Source: an uncultured virus (IMG/VR IMGVR_UViG_3300029705_004726)
Lineage: Duplodnaviria; Heunggongvirae; Uroviricota; Caudoviricetes
DNA: 64,000 nucleotides
Direction: 5' to 3' (one strand)
Virus record (IMG/VR): IMGVR_UViG_3300029705_004726
Positions 1-9,701 of this stretch are shown one piece after another. The number at the start of each line of letters is the position of its first letter. The first letter of the stretch is position 1. The position numbers were made by a program, and so were the translations under genes. The notes beneath the pieces were generated by a model that did no database searches, had not been told where the DNA came from, and saw nothing but the letters and a program-made list of their open reading frames with translations.

Positions 1-1360
1 ATGTTTTAGTACCTGCTGTTCCTAGATTTGTTGTTGTACCATATATTCTATCTACACAGGTTACTGTTTTACTGTAGTTTGTTGTTACATTTGTTGTTGT
101 CGTAAAGTTTTTAGTAGCACCAGCCGCTGTACTCTTTCCATTTAATGTTAGTGTTATAGCACTATTACTATATGTACTACTATTATTAAAATTAGAAGTT
201 GCTGTTGCTGTTGATGTATGTCCATCCATATATGTAACAGTTACCTGTGAATTAAATCCACTAGGACTTGTTAAAGTCTGAGTCGGTTTAACAGCGGAAA
301 TACCCGTTATGATAGTGTTACAACTAGCAGAAACCACATTACCCGATGTATCGTAATAGCTATTTTCATTAAGACTACATTGCACAACAACATATTGTTT
401 TCCAGATGTACAAACGGCACAAGTAGCGATTATTCCATCTCCTTGACAATGAAGGCAAGAAGAACCCGTTTTTATGTGTTTTAGCATAGAATATGCAGAT
501 TCTTCTGTTACAGCGGAAGAATAAGATGTACTTTTATTTGCCATATCTATTATTGTCCAATTATTAATATAACCGCCAATACTTGAACCTGTTTGATATT
601 TTATTGTTAAATAAGAGTTACATTCATTACATGATATTTTTCTAACATATACAGTAGATGAATGATACTGACTGCTATCATTATAAGTATCTATTAATTC
701 ATATGTATAATTATTGGATGTACATTTAGAAGAATCTATATTTTTTACAACAGTCCCCGATGAACAGTAGGTACAATTTGCATTATTAGGACGTCCATTA
801 CAATTAGAACAAGTTCTTGAAATACGCCCCGCACCATTACAAGTAGAACAGATTTCATATGAATGTGTTGAACAAGGATGTCCTACTGAACTGTGTTTTA
901 CACCATTTCCCAAAGAATTATAATCTTGGGATGCGCCGCCACCGCCTCCACAAGCACACGCATACCCGCCATGAGACCCAATTTCTTCTTTGCAAAGACT
1001 GCATATATAATAATAACTCGTACCACTTGCATAGCCGCCACATGTGGCACAAGGGTAAGAAACTGTCACAGCTTTTGAGTAAGGACCACTCAATATTCCA
1101 TCACAAGTAGATTTTTGATAAATAAATCCGACGTTATTACACATAGAGCATATAGGCTCTTTACCAGTTCCTTTACAATTAGGACACTTTAAGCTGTTGG
1201 TAATGGGTCCCCATTTATCACATGAAGCAGTATGTGTATGTTTTGTTCCATTATAACAAGCATTAGTATGAGTATGTGTTGCTGCTTCTACTGATGTTGT
1301 TGGTATTATATTTAGGCACAAAAAAAACAGTGCAATAATATTTAGTATTTTCTTTTTCAT
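1..1360 (-). CDS. Secreted Cys-rich protein with repeated CxxCxGxG-like zinc-binding motifs followed by Thr-rich beta (Ig-like) sequence; 3' end runs off the window
   Basis: Hand-translated from ATG at 1360: MKKKILNIIALFFLCLNIIPTTSVEAATHTHTNACYNG... with signal peptide, CPNCKGTG and CSTCNGAG motifs; missing from the ORF track because it is truncated by the window edge. Confidence 0.8.
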   Translation of the reverse strand, partial: MKKKILNIIALFFLCLNIIPTTSVEAATHTHTNACYNGTKHTHTASCDKWGPITNSLKCPNCKGTGKEPICSMCNNVGFIYQKSTCDGILSGPYSKAVTVSYPCATCGGYASGTSYYYICSLCKEEIGSHGGYACACGGGGGASQDYNSLGNGVKHSSVGHPCSTHSYEICSTCNGAGRISRTCSNCNGRPNNANCTYCSSGTVVKNIDSSKCTSNNYTYELIDTYNDSSQYHSSTVYVRKISCNECNSYLTIKYQTGSSIGGYINNWTIIDMANKSTSYSSAVTEESAYSMLKHIKTGSSCLHCQGDGIIATCAVCTSGKQYVVVQCSLNENSYYDTSGNVVSASCNTIITGISAVKPTQTLTSPSGFNSQVTVTYMDGHTSTATATSNFNNSSTYSNSAITLTLNGKSTAAGATKNFTTTTNVTTNYSKTVTCVDRIYGTTTNLGTAGTKT

Positions 1361-1502
1361 AAGTGTTATTCCTTTCTTGAATTTATAAATAAATTATACT
1401 ATGAATAAGAAAATAAAGAAAAAAGGCTCGGATTTTCATCCAAACCTTTTCTCTTAGAGTACAACAGTAAATAAGGGAGGCACAAAATATAGGAAAAATG
1501 AG

Positions 1503-1865
1503 TGGACCTGACGGGAGTCGAACCCGTGTCCAGAATATCTCCATAAAACCTTCTACATGTTTATTTTGCTTTATCACCAACTGATGTCTAAGCAAACAAA
1601 CCCATCAGCATCGTGCAGTCAGATTTTATTCATATTTGGCTTTCTGAGCAAACTTTTACCAAATTGAACCCGCTATGTTTGAGCCATACCAGATACAGCG
1701 GGGATACTGTATATGACTTAGCTAGATTACTCTAGTGTGCTTAGGCAGCACAAGCCATTGGAGTTCTATTGAACTTTATTGTTTGACGGCGATGTTAAGG
1801 AGTTCACCGACGGCTCCTACATGCTTATTTTATTTATAATACCCTGTCGAGACCTTTTCAAGCCC
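1503..1865 (-). ncRNA. ssrA: tmRNA
   Basis: 5' GGGCTTG pairs with 3' CAGGTCC-A including G3.U70; T-arm ACGGG-TTCGACT-CCCGT; 363 nt; internal reading frame ending ...FNRTPMACAA-stop. Confidence 0.93.
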
Positions 1866-1944
1866 ATATAATTAATTAAAATACTGTAGTGCTTCCTGTT
1901 CCCATAATTACACCTCTTTTCTATTTTTAAGGCATTTGCCTTAG

Positions 1945-2018
1945 TCGGAATGACAGGATTCGAACCTGCGACTTCTTGAACCCAAATCAAGCGCTCTACC
2001 AAACTGAGCCACATCCCG
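1945..2018 (-). tRNA. tRNA-Pro(TGG)
   Basis: Full cloverleaf CGGGATG...CATTCCG-A; anticodon arm CTTGA-TTTGGGT-TCAAG; no encoded CCA. Confidence 0.96.
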
Positions 2019-2022
2019 ATAG

Positions 2023-2250
2023 TATGCAGGGAAGGATTCGAACCCGCCACTATCTATGTTACCTTACTAGTTATTTTTCATAATGCAAATTCGGCTTATC
2101 CAATATCACCTTCATCGCATTATTTCCTATAATTTTCAGAAATATATCATTATCCATGGTTTAGACATATATAACATATCACCACTGCCTGTTGATAAAT
2201 GCTGTTACTTTTTGGAATAAGACAACTATTTATCTCAAGCGGAACTGCAC
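2023..2250 (-). ncRNA. Candidate 228-nt tRNA-like structured RNA (acceptor stem and T-arm enclosing a large multi-helix insert)
   Basis: 5' GTGCAG pairs with 3' CTGCAT-A; T-loop GGG-TTCGAAT-CCT; internal helices GATAAAT/ATTTATC and ATAATGCGA/TTGCATTAT; first element after a consensus promoter. Confidence 0.6.
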
Positions 2251-2275
2251 ATATTTAATTGTTTATTGTAATGTT

Positions 2276-2304
2276 ATTATAATATTAAATATGATTTTTG
2301 TCAA
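2276..2304 (-). promoter_or_regulatory. Consensus sigma70/sigmaA promoter for the tRNA-like RNA, tRNA-Pro and tmRNA cluster
   Basis: TTGACA-17 bp-TATAAT on the minus strand. Confidence 0.9.
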
Positions 2305-2467
2305 CCCTATTTTTTTAAAAACCACCATTTTTTGAGGGACTTTTATTCTTTTCATTAATAGAAATATGCATAATAAATTCTTAATATTTTTAAAAAGGTA
2401 TTGCTTTTTTACATGATTTCTATTATAATGAAAGCATAAAGTGGAAAAATATTAAAAGGAGAGCTTT

Positions 2468-3643
2468 ATGGATATTTATAAAATTATAAGTGAAAATAGT
2501 GAAAAAGAAATAAATAAAGGTTGCTCAAAGAAATTTTTAATTGTTAGTTTGTTTTTGTTTATTATATATATACTAAATAAAATTGGAATCTTTCAAACAA
2601 GTCAAGAAAAGATAAACATATGTGTAATATTAAACGTAATATTTTTATCTATTCCTATGATTTTTATATATTTATTTCATAAAAATGGTACATATATGAA
2701 ATATGTTATTACAACAATGTCTGTTTTTGTTGTTTCAGTTTTATATTTGACGTTAAATTATCATGTTCTATTAATAATGACATTTCCATTTTTTATTGCT
2801 TGTTTGTATTTTGACAAGAAATTATTTATATATACATTTATTATTGATATTATATCTCTTATTTGTGTTCATATTTGTGAAATATTATTTGCAACTATAC
2901 CTACTGCTCCATTAAAAACACCTTACGAAATTCTTGTTTGGGGCTTGTTACCAAGGTTAATAGAATCGCTGTGTGTGTTTTATGTATGTTATAAAGTTAT
3001 TGATAGAAATAAAGAACTTTTAGGTTCTTCAAAAATTTTATTAAATAAAAACATTAATTTACAAAAAGATATAATTTATCAGTTTGCAACTGTATGTGAA
3101 AATAGTTCTGAACAAACGGGACATCATATTAGAAGAACTTCCGAATATATGAAAGTTTTGGTTTCTGCCGCTGGGTATGATGAGGAGACATCAGAAAAAG
3201 TTGCAATAGCGAGCATGATGCATGATATAGGAAAAATGAAAATTCCGATTGAAATATTAGAAAAGAAGTCAAAACTATCTGATAATGAATTCGAGGTCAT
3301 AAAGAAGCATGTATTACATGGTAATGATTTATTAAATAACACTGACAGTGAAATAATTAAATTAGCCAGAATAATTGCTCTACAACATCATGAAAGATGG
3401 GATGGGACAGGTTATCTTGGCTTAAAAGGTGAAGAAATAAATATCTTTGCAAGAATGATGTCAGTGGTCGATGTTTATGATGCTTTAGTTTCTAAGAGAT
3501 GTTACAAAGAAAAGTGGCATCATCAAGATGCTTTTAATGAAATTTTGAGATGTTCTGGAACGCAGTTTGACTCAGATATTGTGAATCTTTTTATTAGAAA
3601 TTATGATAAAATATTAAATATCTATCATAAATATTCGGAATAG
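2468..3643 (+). CDS. Membrane-anchored HD-GYP domain protein (putative cyclic-dinucleotide phosphodiesterase)
   Basis: N-terminal TM helices; TGHHIRR, MHDIGK, HHERWDGTGY-LGLKGEEI, VDVYDAL..R.YK, GTQFD motifs. Confidence 0.9.
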   Translation: MDIYKIISENSEKEINKGCSKKFLIVSLFLFIIYILNKIGIFQTSQEKINICVILNVIFLSIPMIFIYLFHKNGTYMKYVITTMSVFVVSVLYLTLNYHVLLIMTFPFFIACLYFDKKLFIYTFIIDIISLICVHICEILFATIPTAPLKTPYEILVWGLLPRLIESLCVFYVCYKVIDRNKELLGSSKILLNKNINLQKDIIYQFATVCENSSEQTGHHIRRTSEYMKVLVSAAGYDEETSEKVAIASMMHDIGKMKIPIEILEKKSKLSDNEFEVIKKHVLHGNDLLNNTDSEIIKLARIIALQHHERWDGTGYLGLKGEEINIFARMMSVVDVYDALVSKRCYKEKWHHQDAFNEILRCSGTQFDSDIVNLFIRNYDKILNIYHKYSE

Positions 3644-3691
3644 AAAAAATTGGCGATATAGCCGATGTCGTTAAGTTTGGCCTAGAAAAAT

Positions 3692-3738
3692 AAAAACCAC
3701 TCGGTATTAGATAATTTCCAAATATCGAGTGGTTTTTT
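3692..3738. terminator. Bidirectional intrinsic terminator between convergent HD-GYP and GGDEF genes
   Basis: AAAAACCACTCGGTATT...AATATCGAGTGGTTTTTT inverted repeat with A/T tails. Confidence 0.75.
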
Positions 3739-3788
3739 ATTATTTATTAGTCTATTAAGTTAATATCGGTTATATAACCTATTTTTCT

Positions 3789-4205
3789 TTATCTCTTTCT
3801 TTTTTCTTCTATTATAGCATTTTGTACTTTTGTAAATAATTCTGAATATCTTATATTTTCGGTTATTTGGATTATACCGCAATCTAATGAAACGGGATAT
3901 TGCCTACTATCATATTTTACTGTTTTTTCATTTTGAGCAATTACTTTTTCACGAAGTTTTACCACGTCTTCTATATTATATAAACCAGTAAATAAAATGA
4001 ATTCGTCTCCTCCTATGCGAACAGATAACATGTTGTCTGTAGTAACATCTTTTATTCTTCTTATTGCTTCTTTTAATGCAATGTCTCCTAACTCATTAGA
4101 CACCTCATTTAATTTGCTTAAACGAACCATATCAAAGCATAAAGCATATGTTCCTTTCTGAGAGAGAACATAATTATACGAGTCTTCAAATTTAACTTTT
4201 TTCAT
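3789..4205 (-). CDS. Stand-alone GGDEF domain protein (diguanylate cyclase-like)
   Basis: RIGGDEF motif, upstream D..N..GD helix; start placed at MKKVKF after an AGAAAGGA RBS. Confidence 0.85.
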   Translation of the reverse strand: MKKVKFEDSYNYVLSQKGTYALCFDMVRLSKLNEVSNELGDIALKEAIRRIKDVTTDNMLSVRIGGDEFILFTGLYNIEDVVKLREKVIAQNEKTVKYDSRQYPVSLDCGIIQITENIRYSELFTKVQNAIIEEKRKR

Positions 4206-4296
4206 ATCATATTCCTTTCTATAACTTTTAAAATTAGGGAATATCCTCATTATTATAATACCATTATTCAGACGATTTTTTCAATAGTTATAAAAA

Positions 4297-4443
4297 TTAT
4301 TTACAAATGTCAAAAATGTTAACATTTGTTGGTTGATATATTTTTTCTAATGATTTTTGATATTCTTCTGCTTCTTCTTTTGTAAATTCTCTTAAATCTT
4401 CGTCTTTTTTGTTTTGTTCTATTTTATTATTTTCTGAATTCAT
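4297..4443 (-). CDS. Small hypothetical protein (48 aa)
   Basis: Hand-translated MNSENNKIEQ...FDICK with GAGG RBS. Confidence 0.55.
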   Translation of the reverse strand: MNSENNKIEQNKKDEDLREFTKEEAEEYQKSLEKIYQPTNVNIFDICK

Positions 4444-4504
4444 GTTTAAAACCTCTCATAAAATAAATACCCTCTTATACTATGTTTTCAAGAGGGTATT
4501 AGTA

Positions 4505-5035
4505 TTACTTATTATATATTTTTTTAATTTGTTCTAAAGTTCTAGGTCTGAAACCGAGCATATCAGCGCCGATGTTATAACAATTCTTTTTTGCGTTCAT
4601 TTGGTTCGATGTTTCATATACATTGTTGTGAATATGTCCGTATAGATGAACAGAGGGGTTATCCCTTCTAAAATAACCATCCCATTCGCAAATAGGATAA
4701 TGAAAAATTATAACATCTGTTTCGCCATCTTTGATTTTCATATAATCTTCAATAGCTTCAAAATAACGCCATAATCGCTTATCTTTAAGATAAGTGTCAT
4801 GATTACCTTTTACCAAATGAAGATGTCCTGTTAATTGCTTTAAAAATTTTTCAGGATTTGCAGACCTGTATATTAAGTCCCCGCCAATAAATACATCATC
4901 ATTAGCGGTAGCTGTTTCTCGCCAATTTCCTATAATAGTATTATTCATTTCTTCTACCGTAGTAAATGGTCTTTTTGATAAACGAATAATATTTGCATGG
5001 TCAATGTGAGTATCTGCTATATATAAATTACTCAT
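4505..5035 (-). CDS. Calcineurin-like metallophosphoesterase
   Basis: DTH, GD, GNHD, H-YP, HLYGHIH motifs. Confidence 0.9.
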   Translation of the reverse strand: MSNLYIADTHIDHANIIRLSKRPFTTVEEMNNTIIGNWRETATANDDVFIGGDLIYRSANPEKFLKQLTGHLHLVKGNHDTYLKDKRLWRYFEAIEDYMKIKDGETDVIIFHYPICEWDGYFRRDNPSVHLYGHIHNNVYETSNQMNAKKNCYNIGADMLGFRPRTLEQIKKIYNK

Positions 5036-5046
5036 ATAAAATCTCC

Positions 5047-5538
5047 TTAATTTTGTTCAATATATTCTTTTTTTAATCTTTTTGCATTTGATACTGCATA
5101 TTTGATTAACATATCTTGTTCTTTGTGAATAAGTTCATATAATTCTTTTCTTAAATCTGTTATAATTTTGTCTGTTTCTACATTATGAGGAATTCTTGCA
5201 ATTTTTTCTTCTAATCTACAAATTCTGACCTTAAATTTCCATAATACACCTGCTTCTGATACGTTGAATGTGTAAAAAATACTTGCAACAAAAAATGTTA
5301 TTAGAATAATATTTAAGATAATATAAAACGTATTAGGATATTGTTTTTCAAAAGAAAACATAGTTATAATTCCTACTTCGAATACCGTGCATATTCCGCT
5401 TACAATCCACGTTATAGTAAATGCGTCAGATTCGACCAATTTAAGATGAAGTAGTTCAATTTTGTTACAAACAAATAAGAAAGTCATTATTAAAAATAAA
5501 AAATGAATGATTGATGTGATTAAAAATAATAAATTCAT
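5047..5538 (-). CDS. Hypothetical membrane protein
   Basis: Three hydrophobic segments plus coiled C-terminus; AGGAGG RBS. Confidence 0.7.
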   Translation of the reverse strand: MNLLFLITSIIHFLFLIMTFLFVCNKIELLHLKLVESDAFTITWIVSGICTVFEVGIITMFSFEKQYPNTFYIILNIILITFFVASIFYTFNVSEAGVLWKFKVRICRLEEKIARIPHNVETDKIITDLRKELYELIHKEQDMLIKYAVSNAKRLKKEYIEQN

Positions 5539-5635
5539 AGTATCCCTCCTTTTAAATATAAATTACTGCTGTATCTAGTATTTATTATAACACATTTTAT
5601 GGTTTTTGTCTATAAAAAAAGGGAATAGTTTTAGG

Positions 5636-6160
5636 CTATTCCCCAGAGCTTTTTTCGATTGTTTTTTCTGTCATTGGTATTCTCATTTTAATGAGGGCGA
5701 TAGATGAGCTGATGATGGTCAATGCGTCAAAGGTAAATGATACATAATTTTTAATGCACCAGTCGTAAACCAACCAGATAATCACTGTTCCAAAAACAAG
5801 TACCTTATTCTTTTTGTCATCATCAAAATCCATAAACAATGTAAAAATAGAAGTTGAAATTATCGGTAATAATCCCACTATGCCAAGGTTATTGAAATAT
5901 AAGCAGATTGCCGCATTAATGCCGACGATAATCCATCTTGCTTTAGTATCAAGTTTTCCTTTGCTACAAATAAGATTCCGAATAATACTTACTATGTTCA
6001 CAATAAATCCAGTCACTCCCCCAAGAAGCAGGTTTCCTATACCCATAAACAGGATTTGAGTAGACTGAATAATTAAAAATTTTTTGGTTTCTTTTATGTA
6101 CCCAGATATAACCATAAAAACAGAACCAATGAAAGATAAAATATTCGCAATAATAAACAT
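5636..6160 (-). CDS. YgjV-like inner membrane protein
   Basis: Multi-TM protein with LLGGxTG...iRN and W.vYD motifs. Confidence 0.7.
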   Translation of the reverse strand: MFIIANILSFIGSVFMVISGYIKETKKFLIIQSTQILFMGIGNLLLGGVTGFIVNIVSIIRNLICSKGKLDTKARWIIVGINAAICLYFNNLGIVGLLPIISTSIFTLFMDFDDDKKNKVLVFGTVIIWLVYDWCIKNYVSFTFDALTIISSSIALIKMRIPMTEKTIEKSSGE

Positions 6161-6272
6161 TCGTGTACCTCCTTTGTAATGAAACTTTGTGAATGCGAAC
6201 TTTCTTATATATTATAACATTATTTATTAATTACATGATAATTGCCCCACCTTGTTATGGCGGGGCAATTAT

Positions 6273-7247
6273 TTAAAGTCCTGTCTGTTTTGTTCTAAAA
6301 TTAATATTTCCCTTTCCTTTAACATAAATCCCATTACCGTTTCTTGTTTTTTTGAATTGGATTGTACCGTGAAAATCATTTATGATAGTTGCACAATCTG
6401 GATGCATTTCAAGAAAATTTAAAAATTCAGGGTTATAATTAAGAACCTCTTCGTAATCCATAACACATACCATTCCAGAGTCGGCTGCAAAGTGTCCTAT
6501 TGTCTTTTTTGTATCTGTATTATAAGTGGTGCAAGACCAATCGCCATAGTAAGTTCTCGATACAAGATATTCCTTTTCAAATCCCAATTTTTCCATATGC
6601 TCATATCCATTGCTTACATCCCTGTCATCAGGATTTTCCTTATCCCATTTCTCATAAGCTTCTTGATATTTTTTATTTTCTTTATCAAATAACGCAGATT
6701 TTTTTTCATTGTAATCAGGATAATCATATACAGATTTATATGACATGTATTCATCCCATGCTGGCTTGTTGGAGGTATCTCTATCTCTAACTAAGTAGCA
6801 CGGGTCTGTTATGATGATATTACCATCAAATCTTACAAGCCTCATTCTGTGTTCTTCTTCTTTTTCTTTTTTTTCTGTAAATTCTTTTATAAATTCGTTA
6901 TAAACGTCATCACTCAATTCAAAAATGTAATAATCATCATTGTCTTTTATAAACTCTTTAATTTCATCTAAATTAGATAAGATTTTCCAATGATTATTAT
7001 AAAATGTTTGTGTTAAAATATTTGTTTTAATTTTTGCACAAACTAGATACTGGGTTCCCTCTTGTAATTCATATAAACTCTTATTTTTACTTACATCAAA
7101 GATATGTTTTTCCCTCTTGATGGATTCTTTCATTTCTTTTACCAGAAACAATATATCAAACGATTCTTCGATGTCTTCCTTTTTTCTTTTTTCAAACCAT
7201 AACGTTATGATATCAGAAATTCTTTCACAATGAATATATTCTTTCAT
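6273..7247 (-). CDS. Hypothetical protein (ITDPCY / T.YGDW / FAADSG motif family)
   Basis: 324-aa ORF, translationally coupled to the upstream ORF. Confidence 0.75.
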   Translation of the reverse strand: MKEYIHCERISDIITLWFEKRKKEDIEESFDILFLVKEMKESIKREKHIFDVSKNKSLYELQEGTQYLVCAKIKTNILTQTFYNNHWKILSNLDEIKEFIKDNDDYYIFELSDDVYNEFIKEFTEKKEKEEEHRMRLVRFDGNIIITDPCYLVRDRDTSNKPAWDEYMSYKSVYDYPDYNEKKSALFDKENKKYQEAYEKWDKENPDDRDVSNGYEHMEKLGFEKEYLVSRTYYGDWSCTTYNTDTKKTIGHFAADSGMVCVMDYEEVLNYNPEFLNFLEMHPDCATIINDFHGTIQFKKTRNGNGIYVKGKGNINFRTKQTGL

Positions 7248-7441
7248 GTTCTCACCTCTCGTTCTTTTTTTATAATCATATCGATTTCTACTTTTGCCCC
7301 AGTAAATGAGCCACGATTAGTATTTGTAATTTTTTTTAGTATATTATTTCTTGAATCTTTAACAATTATAAATTCTTTATCCTTAGTTGTGTCAATTGTA
7401 TAGCCCCTGTATTTAACGGCGGGACCTTTATATTTTTTCAT
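7244..7441 (-). CDS. Hypothetical protein
   Basis: AGGAGG RBS and upstream promoter. Confidence 0.65.
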   Translation of the reverse strand: MKKYKGPAVKYRGYTIDTTKDKEFIIVKDSRNNILKKITNTNRGSFTGAKVEIDMIIKKEREVRT

Positions 7442-7590
7442 AACCTCGCCTCCTTTATTTTCATAAAATCATTATACCACAATTTATGTTATTTGACAAT
7501 AACTTTTTATGGTCTGCATTATAATATACCCATTGACCATTACTATAAAATGTGGTATAATTTATATATGATTATGAAGGAGGGTATTGT

Positions 7591-8016
7591 ATGGTAATTG
7601 AATTAAGATATGATGAAGAATATAATTTAGCTCTTCATGAGCTGGAAAAGCAAGGATATACATGTAAGGATGGTGAATTGCCCACTTCTGGTTTAATAGG
7701 AAAGTGTCTGATTAAAACAGAAGATGATGGAAGAAAGCCATTTTTATATTTAATAATTATTGGTAAAACCATCTTGCTTACGACACAAAAAATAAATATA
7801 GGAAAGGTATATTCATTTAAAGAAGCAATGGAACATTTAAATAGTGAATATGCTAATTTTTCATATAAGTACTTAAGAGATGTACTTATTTCTAAAAATG
7901 TTTCAGAAACCGATTTTATTGCTGGCTGTGCTCATTCATACTTGTGTAAACACGGCGGAAGCATTGAAAATGCAATTAATAAAGCAATTTGTTACTATGA
8001 AGATAATGTTATCTAG
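7591..8016 (+). CDS. Hypothetical protein
   Basis: GGAGG RBS, promoter TTGACC..TATAAT upstream. Confidence 0.7.
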   Translation: MVIELRYDEEYNLALHELEKQGYTCKDGELPTSGLIGKCLIKTEDDGRKPFLYLIIIGKTILLTTQKINIGKVYSFKEAMEHLNSEYANFSYKYLRDVLISKNVSETDFIAGCAHSYLCKHGGSIENAINKAICYYEDNVI

Positions 8017-8031
8017 GAAAGGAATATAGAT

Positions 8032-8358
8032 ATGGAAAAGATTGATAATATTGTAAATGGCAGCTATACAGTTATTGAAAAACAAAAAATGCTTGAGGAT
8101 TTAAAAGTAGAATTTTTAAGAAAAATTGATTATGCTAATAAAAAAATTGTAGAGGGATACAAAAAATGTCCTAACTGCAATCAGTATTACAGGAAAAATG
8201 CATGGGAGAACAAGTCCGTACATGAGAAAAGAAATGTTTGTACATTTCATTCTCCTTGTGAATTTGATGATGATAAATATGAAGAAAAGATGTGCAAAAT
8301 CTATTATTCTATTTGTCCTGTTGGACATATATTTGAAGATTTTGTAGATTGGGAATAA
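8032..8358 (+). CDS. Hypothetical Cys-containing protein
   Basis: CPNC...CPVGH; RBS. Confidence 0.7.
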   Translation: MEKIDNIVNGSYTVIEKQKMLEDLKVEFLRKIDYANKKIVEGYKKCPNCNQYYRKNAWENKSVHEKRNVCTFHSPCEFDDDKYEEKMCKIYYSICPVGHIFEDFVDWE

Positions 8359-8870
8359 AGGAGAGGATATATGTGGTAAAAATAAAAAGTTTTAATAATT
8401 TTGAAATACGTTATAGTTCATATAAAAGAGTTAATATGTTTGAAAGTTTGCCTTTTATGTGTACTTTATTGGGGGCGTCTTTTCTATCTTCACTAATTGT
8501 TGTGTGTTTTTGTGAGCTATACGATAAAGAATATAGTTTTCTTACATTATTTTTAATGTTTTTGATATGTTTTTTAGGGATTGGTTTTATACTATCCATA
8601 ATTCCAAGACATTCTATTTATCATGATTCTTTTATTAAAAAAGCAATCAAATTAAAAGAAAATGAAATTTCAATTGAAATAAAAGACGGAAAATATAAAG
8701 TTAAGTGGTTTAATCTTAACAAAAATAATTACGATTATGTTTCATTAGGCTATTTTGTTGGAGAAAAAGTTTTTATTAAGGAAGGATTTAATTTATGTAA
8801 AGATAAGCCATTATACATATTATTTGACTGTACAACTAAAAAATGCGTTGCAATGGTTTATAATAAATGA
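8349..8870 (+). CDS. Hypothetical membrane protein (true start probably the GTG a few codons downstream)
   Basis: Two TM segments; in operon. Confidence 0.65.
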   Translation: MGIKERIYVVKIKSFNNFEIRYSSYKRVNMFESLPFMCTLLGASFLSSLIVVCFCELYDKEYSFLTLFLMFLICFLGIGFILSIIPRHSIYHDSFIKKAIKLKENEISIEIKDGKYKVKWFNLNKNNYDYVSLGYFVGEKVFIKEGFNLCKDKPLYILFDCTTKKCVAMVYNK

Positions 8871-8892
8871 TATTAGAAAAGAGGTGTTTTTT

Positions 8893-9246
8893 ATGGCGGA
8901 GAATAAAAGAGAAGCTAAAAGAAAAGAAAAACAGCTACAGGAAGAGTTGCAAAAATATCGTCAAGGTAAGATGATTAAAGTTAATGATGGAGAAAACTGG
9001 TGCCCTTGTTTCCCAAAACATGAAGTATATATTCATATAGGAATAACATGGAATTCACGAGGAAACTATGGCGAAGCTATTATGTGTGTATTTGGTGCGG
9101 ACGATACGGGTGTTAAAAAAAGATTTTTGTCTAATGATTTAGATATACTTATTAGAGAATGGAATAAATTTAAGAAATTTTATGATGAGATTCCTCAAAC
9201 CACAAACATTCGATATTATTTGGATAGAGACTTTATTTATGCTTAA
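8893..9246 (+). CDS. Hypothetical protein, paralog of 49051..49356
   Basis: Start MAENKRE after GAGGTG; shared W.PCF...V.GADD.G motif. Confidence 0.7.
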   Translation: MAENKREAKRKEKQLQEELQKYRQGKMIKVNDGENWCPCFPKHEVYIHIGITWNSRGNYGEAIMCVFGADDTGVKKRFLSNDLDILIREWNKFKKFYDEIPQTTNIRYYLDRDFIYA

Positions 9247-9263
9247 ATGAATGGAGAATTATT

Positions 9264-9701
9264 ATGGAGACAGAAAGAGTTAAATATTTACGTGAAAAAC
9301 ACGGTATTGTTGATTCGAGAAACCAATATACTGAGGGGGAAATATTAGAGGCAATTAATTCGGAAGCATTATTTTTTTCTTATGTTATTGATGTTTTGAA
9401 AGGAAATATTCATTTTTATGACAGGAAATTTAATGCGTATAAATCAAAAGATGGTTGTGTATGGATAAAAGATTCATTATTTAGTGATGATAATACATAT
9501 GTTCAAGCAACTAATTGTTCTTATGAATATAAAAATGATGATGATATCATTGTTTATAATTGTTTCTTTTTTAATAAAGAATATGATGAGTGTTTTTCTA
9601 TTATTAAGGAAAAAGCAGTTCTTGATTTAAAGAAAGTAATAGCCAGACATCAAGATATTGTTATTAATTTGCAAGGTGAATTAGAGAAAATTTCTTCATA
9701 A
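9264..9701 (+). CDS. Hypothetical protein
   Basis: ORF with GGAG RBS. Confidence 0.65.
   Translation: METERVKYLREKHGIVDSRNQYTEGEILEAINSEALFFSYVIDVLKGNIHFYDRKFNAYKSKDGCVWIKDSLFSDDNTYVQATNCSYEYKNDDDIIVYNCFFFNKEYDECFSIIKEKAVLDLKKVIARHQDIVINLQGELEKISS

Noticed and set aside
1383..2050. ORFs of 70 and 77 aa on the minus strand
   Set aside because: They overlap tmRNA and tRNA-Pro; spurious translations of RNA genes.
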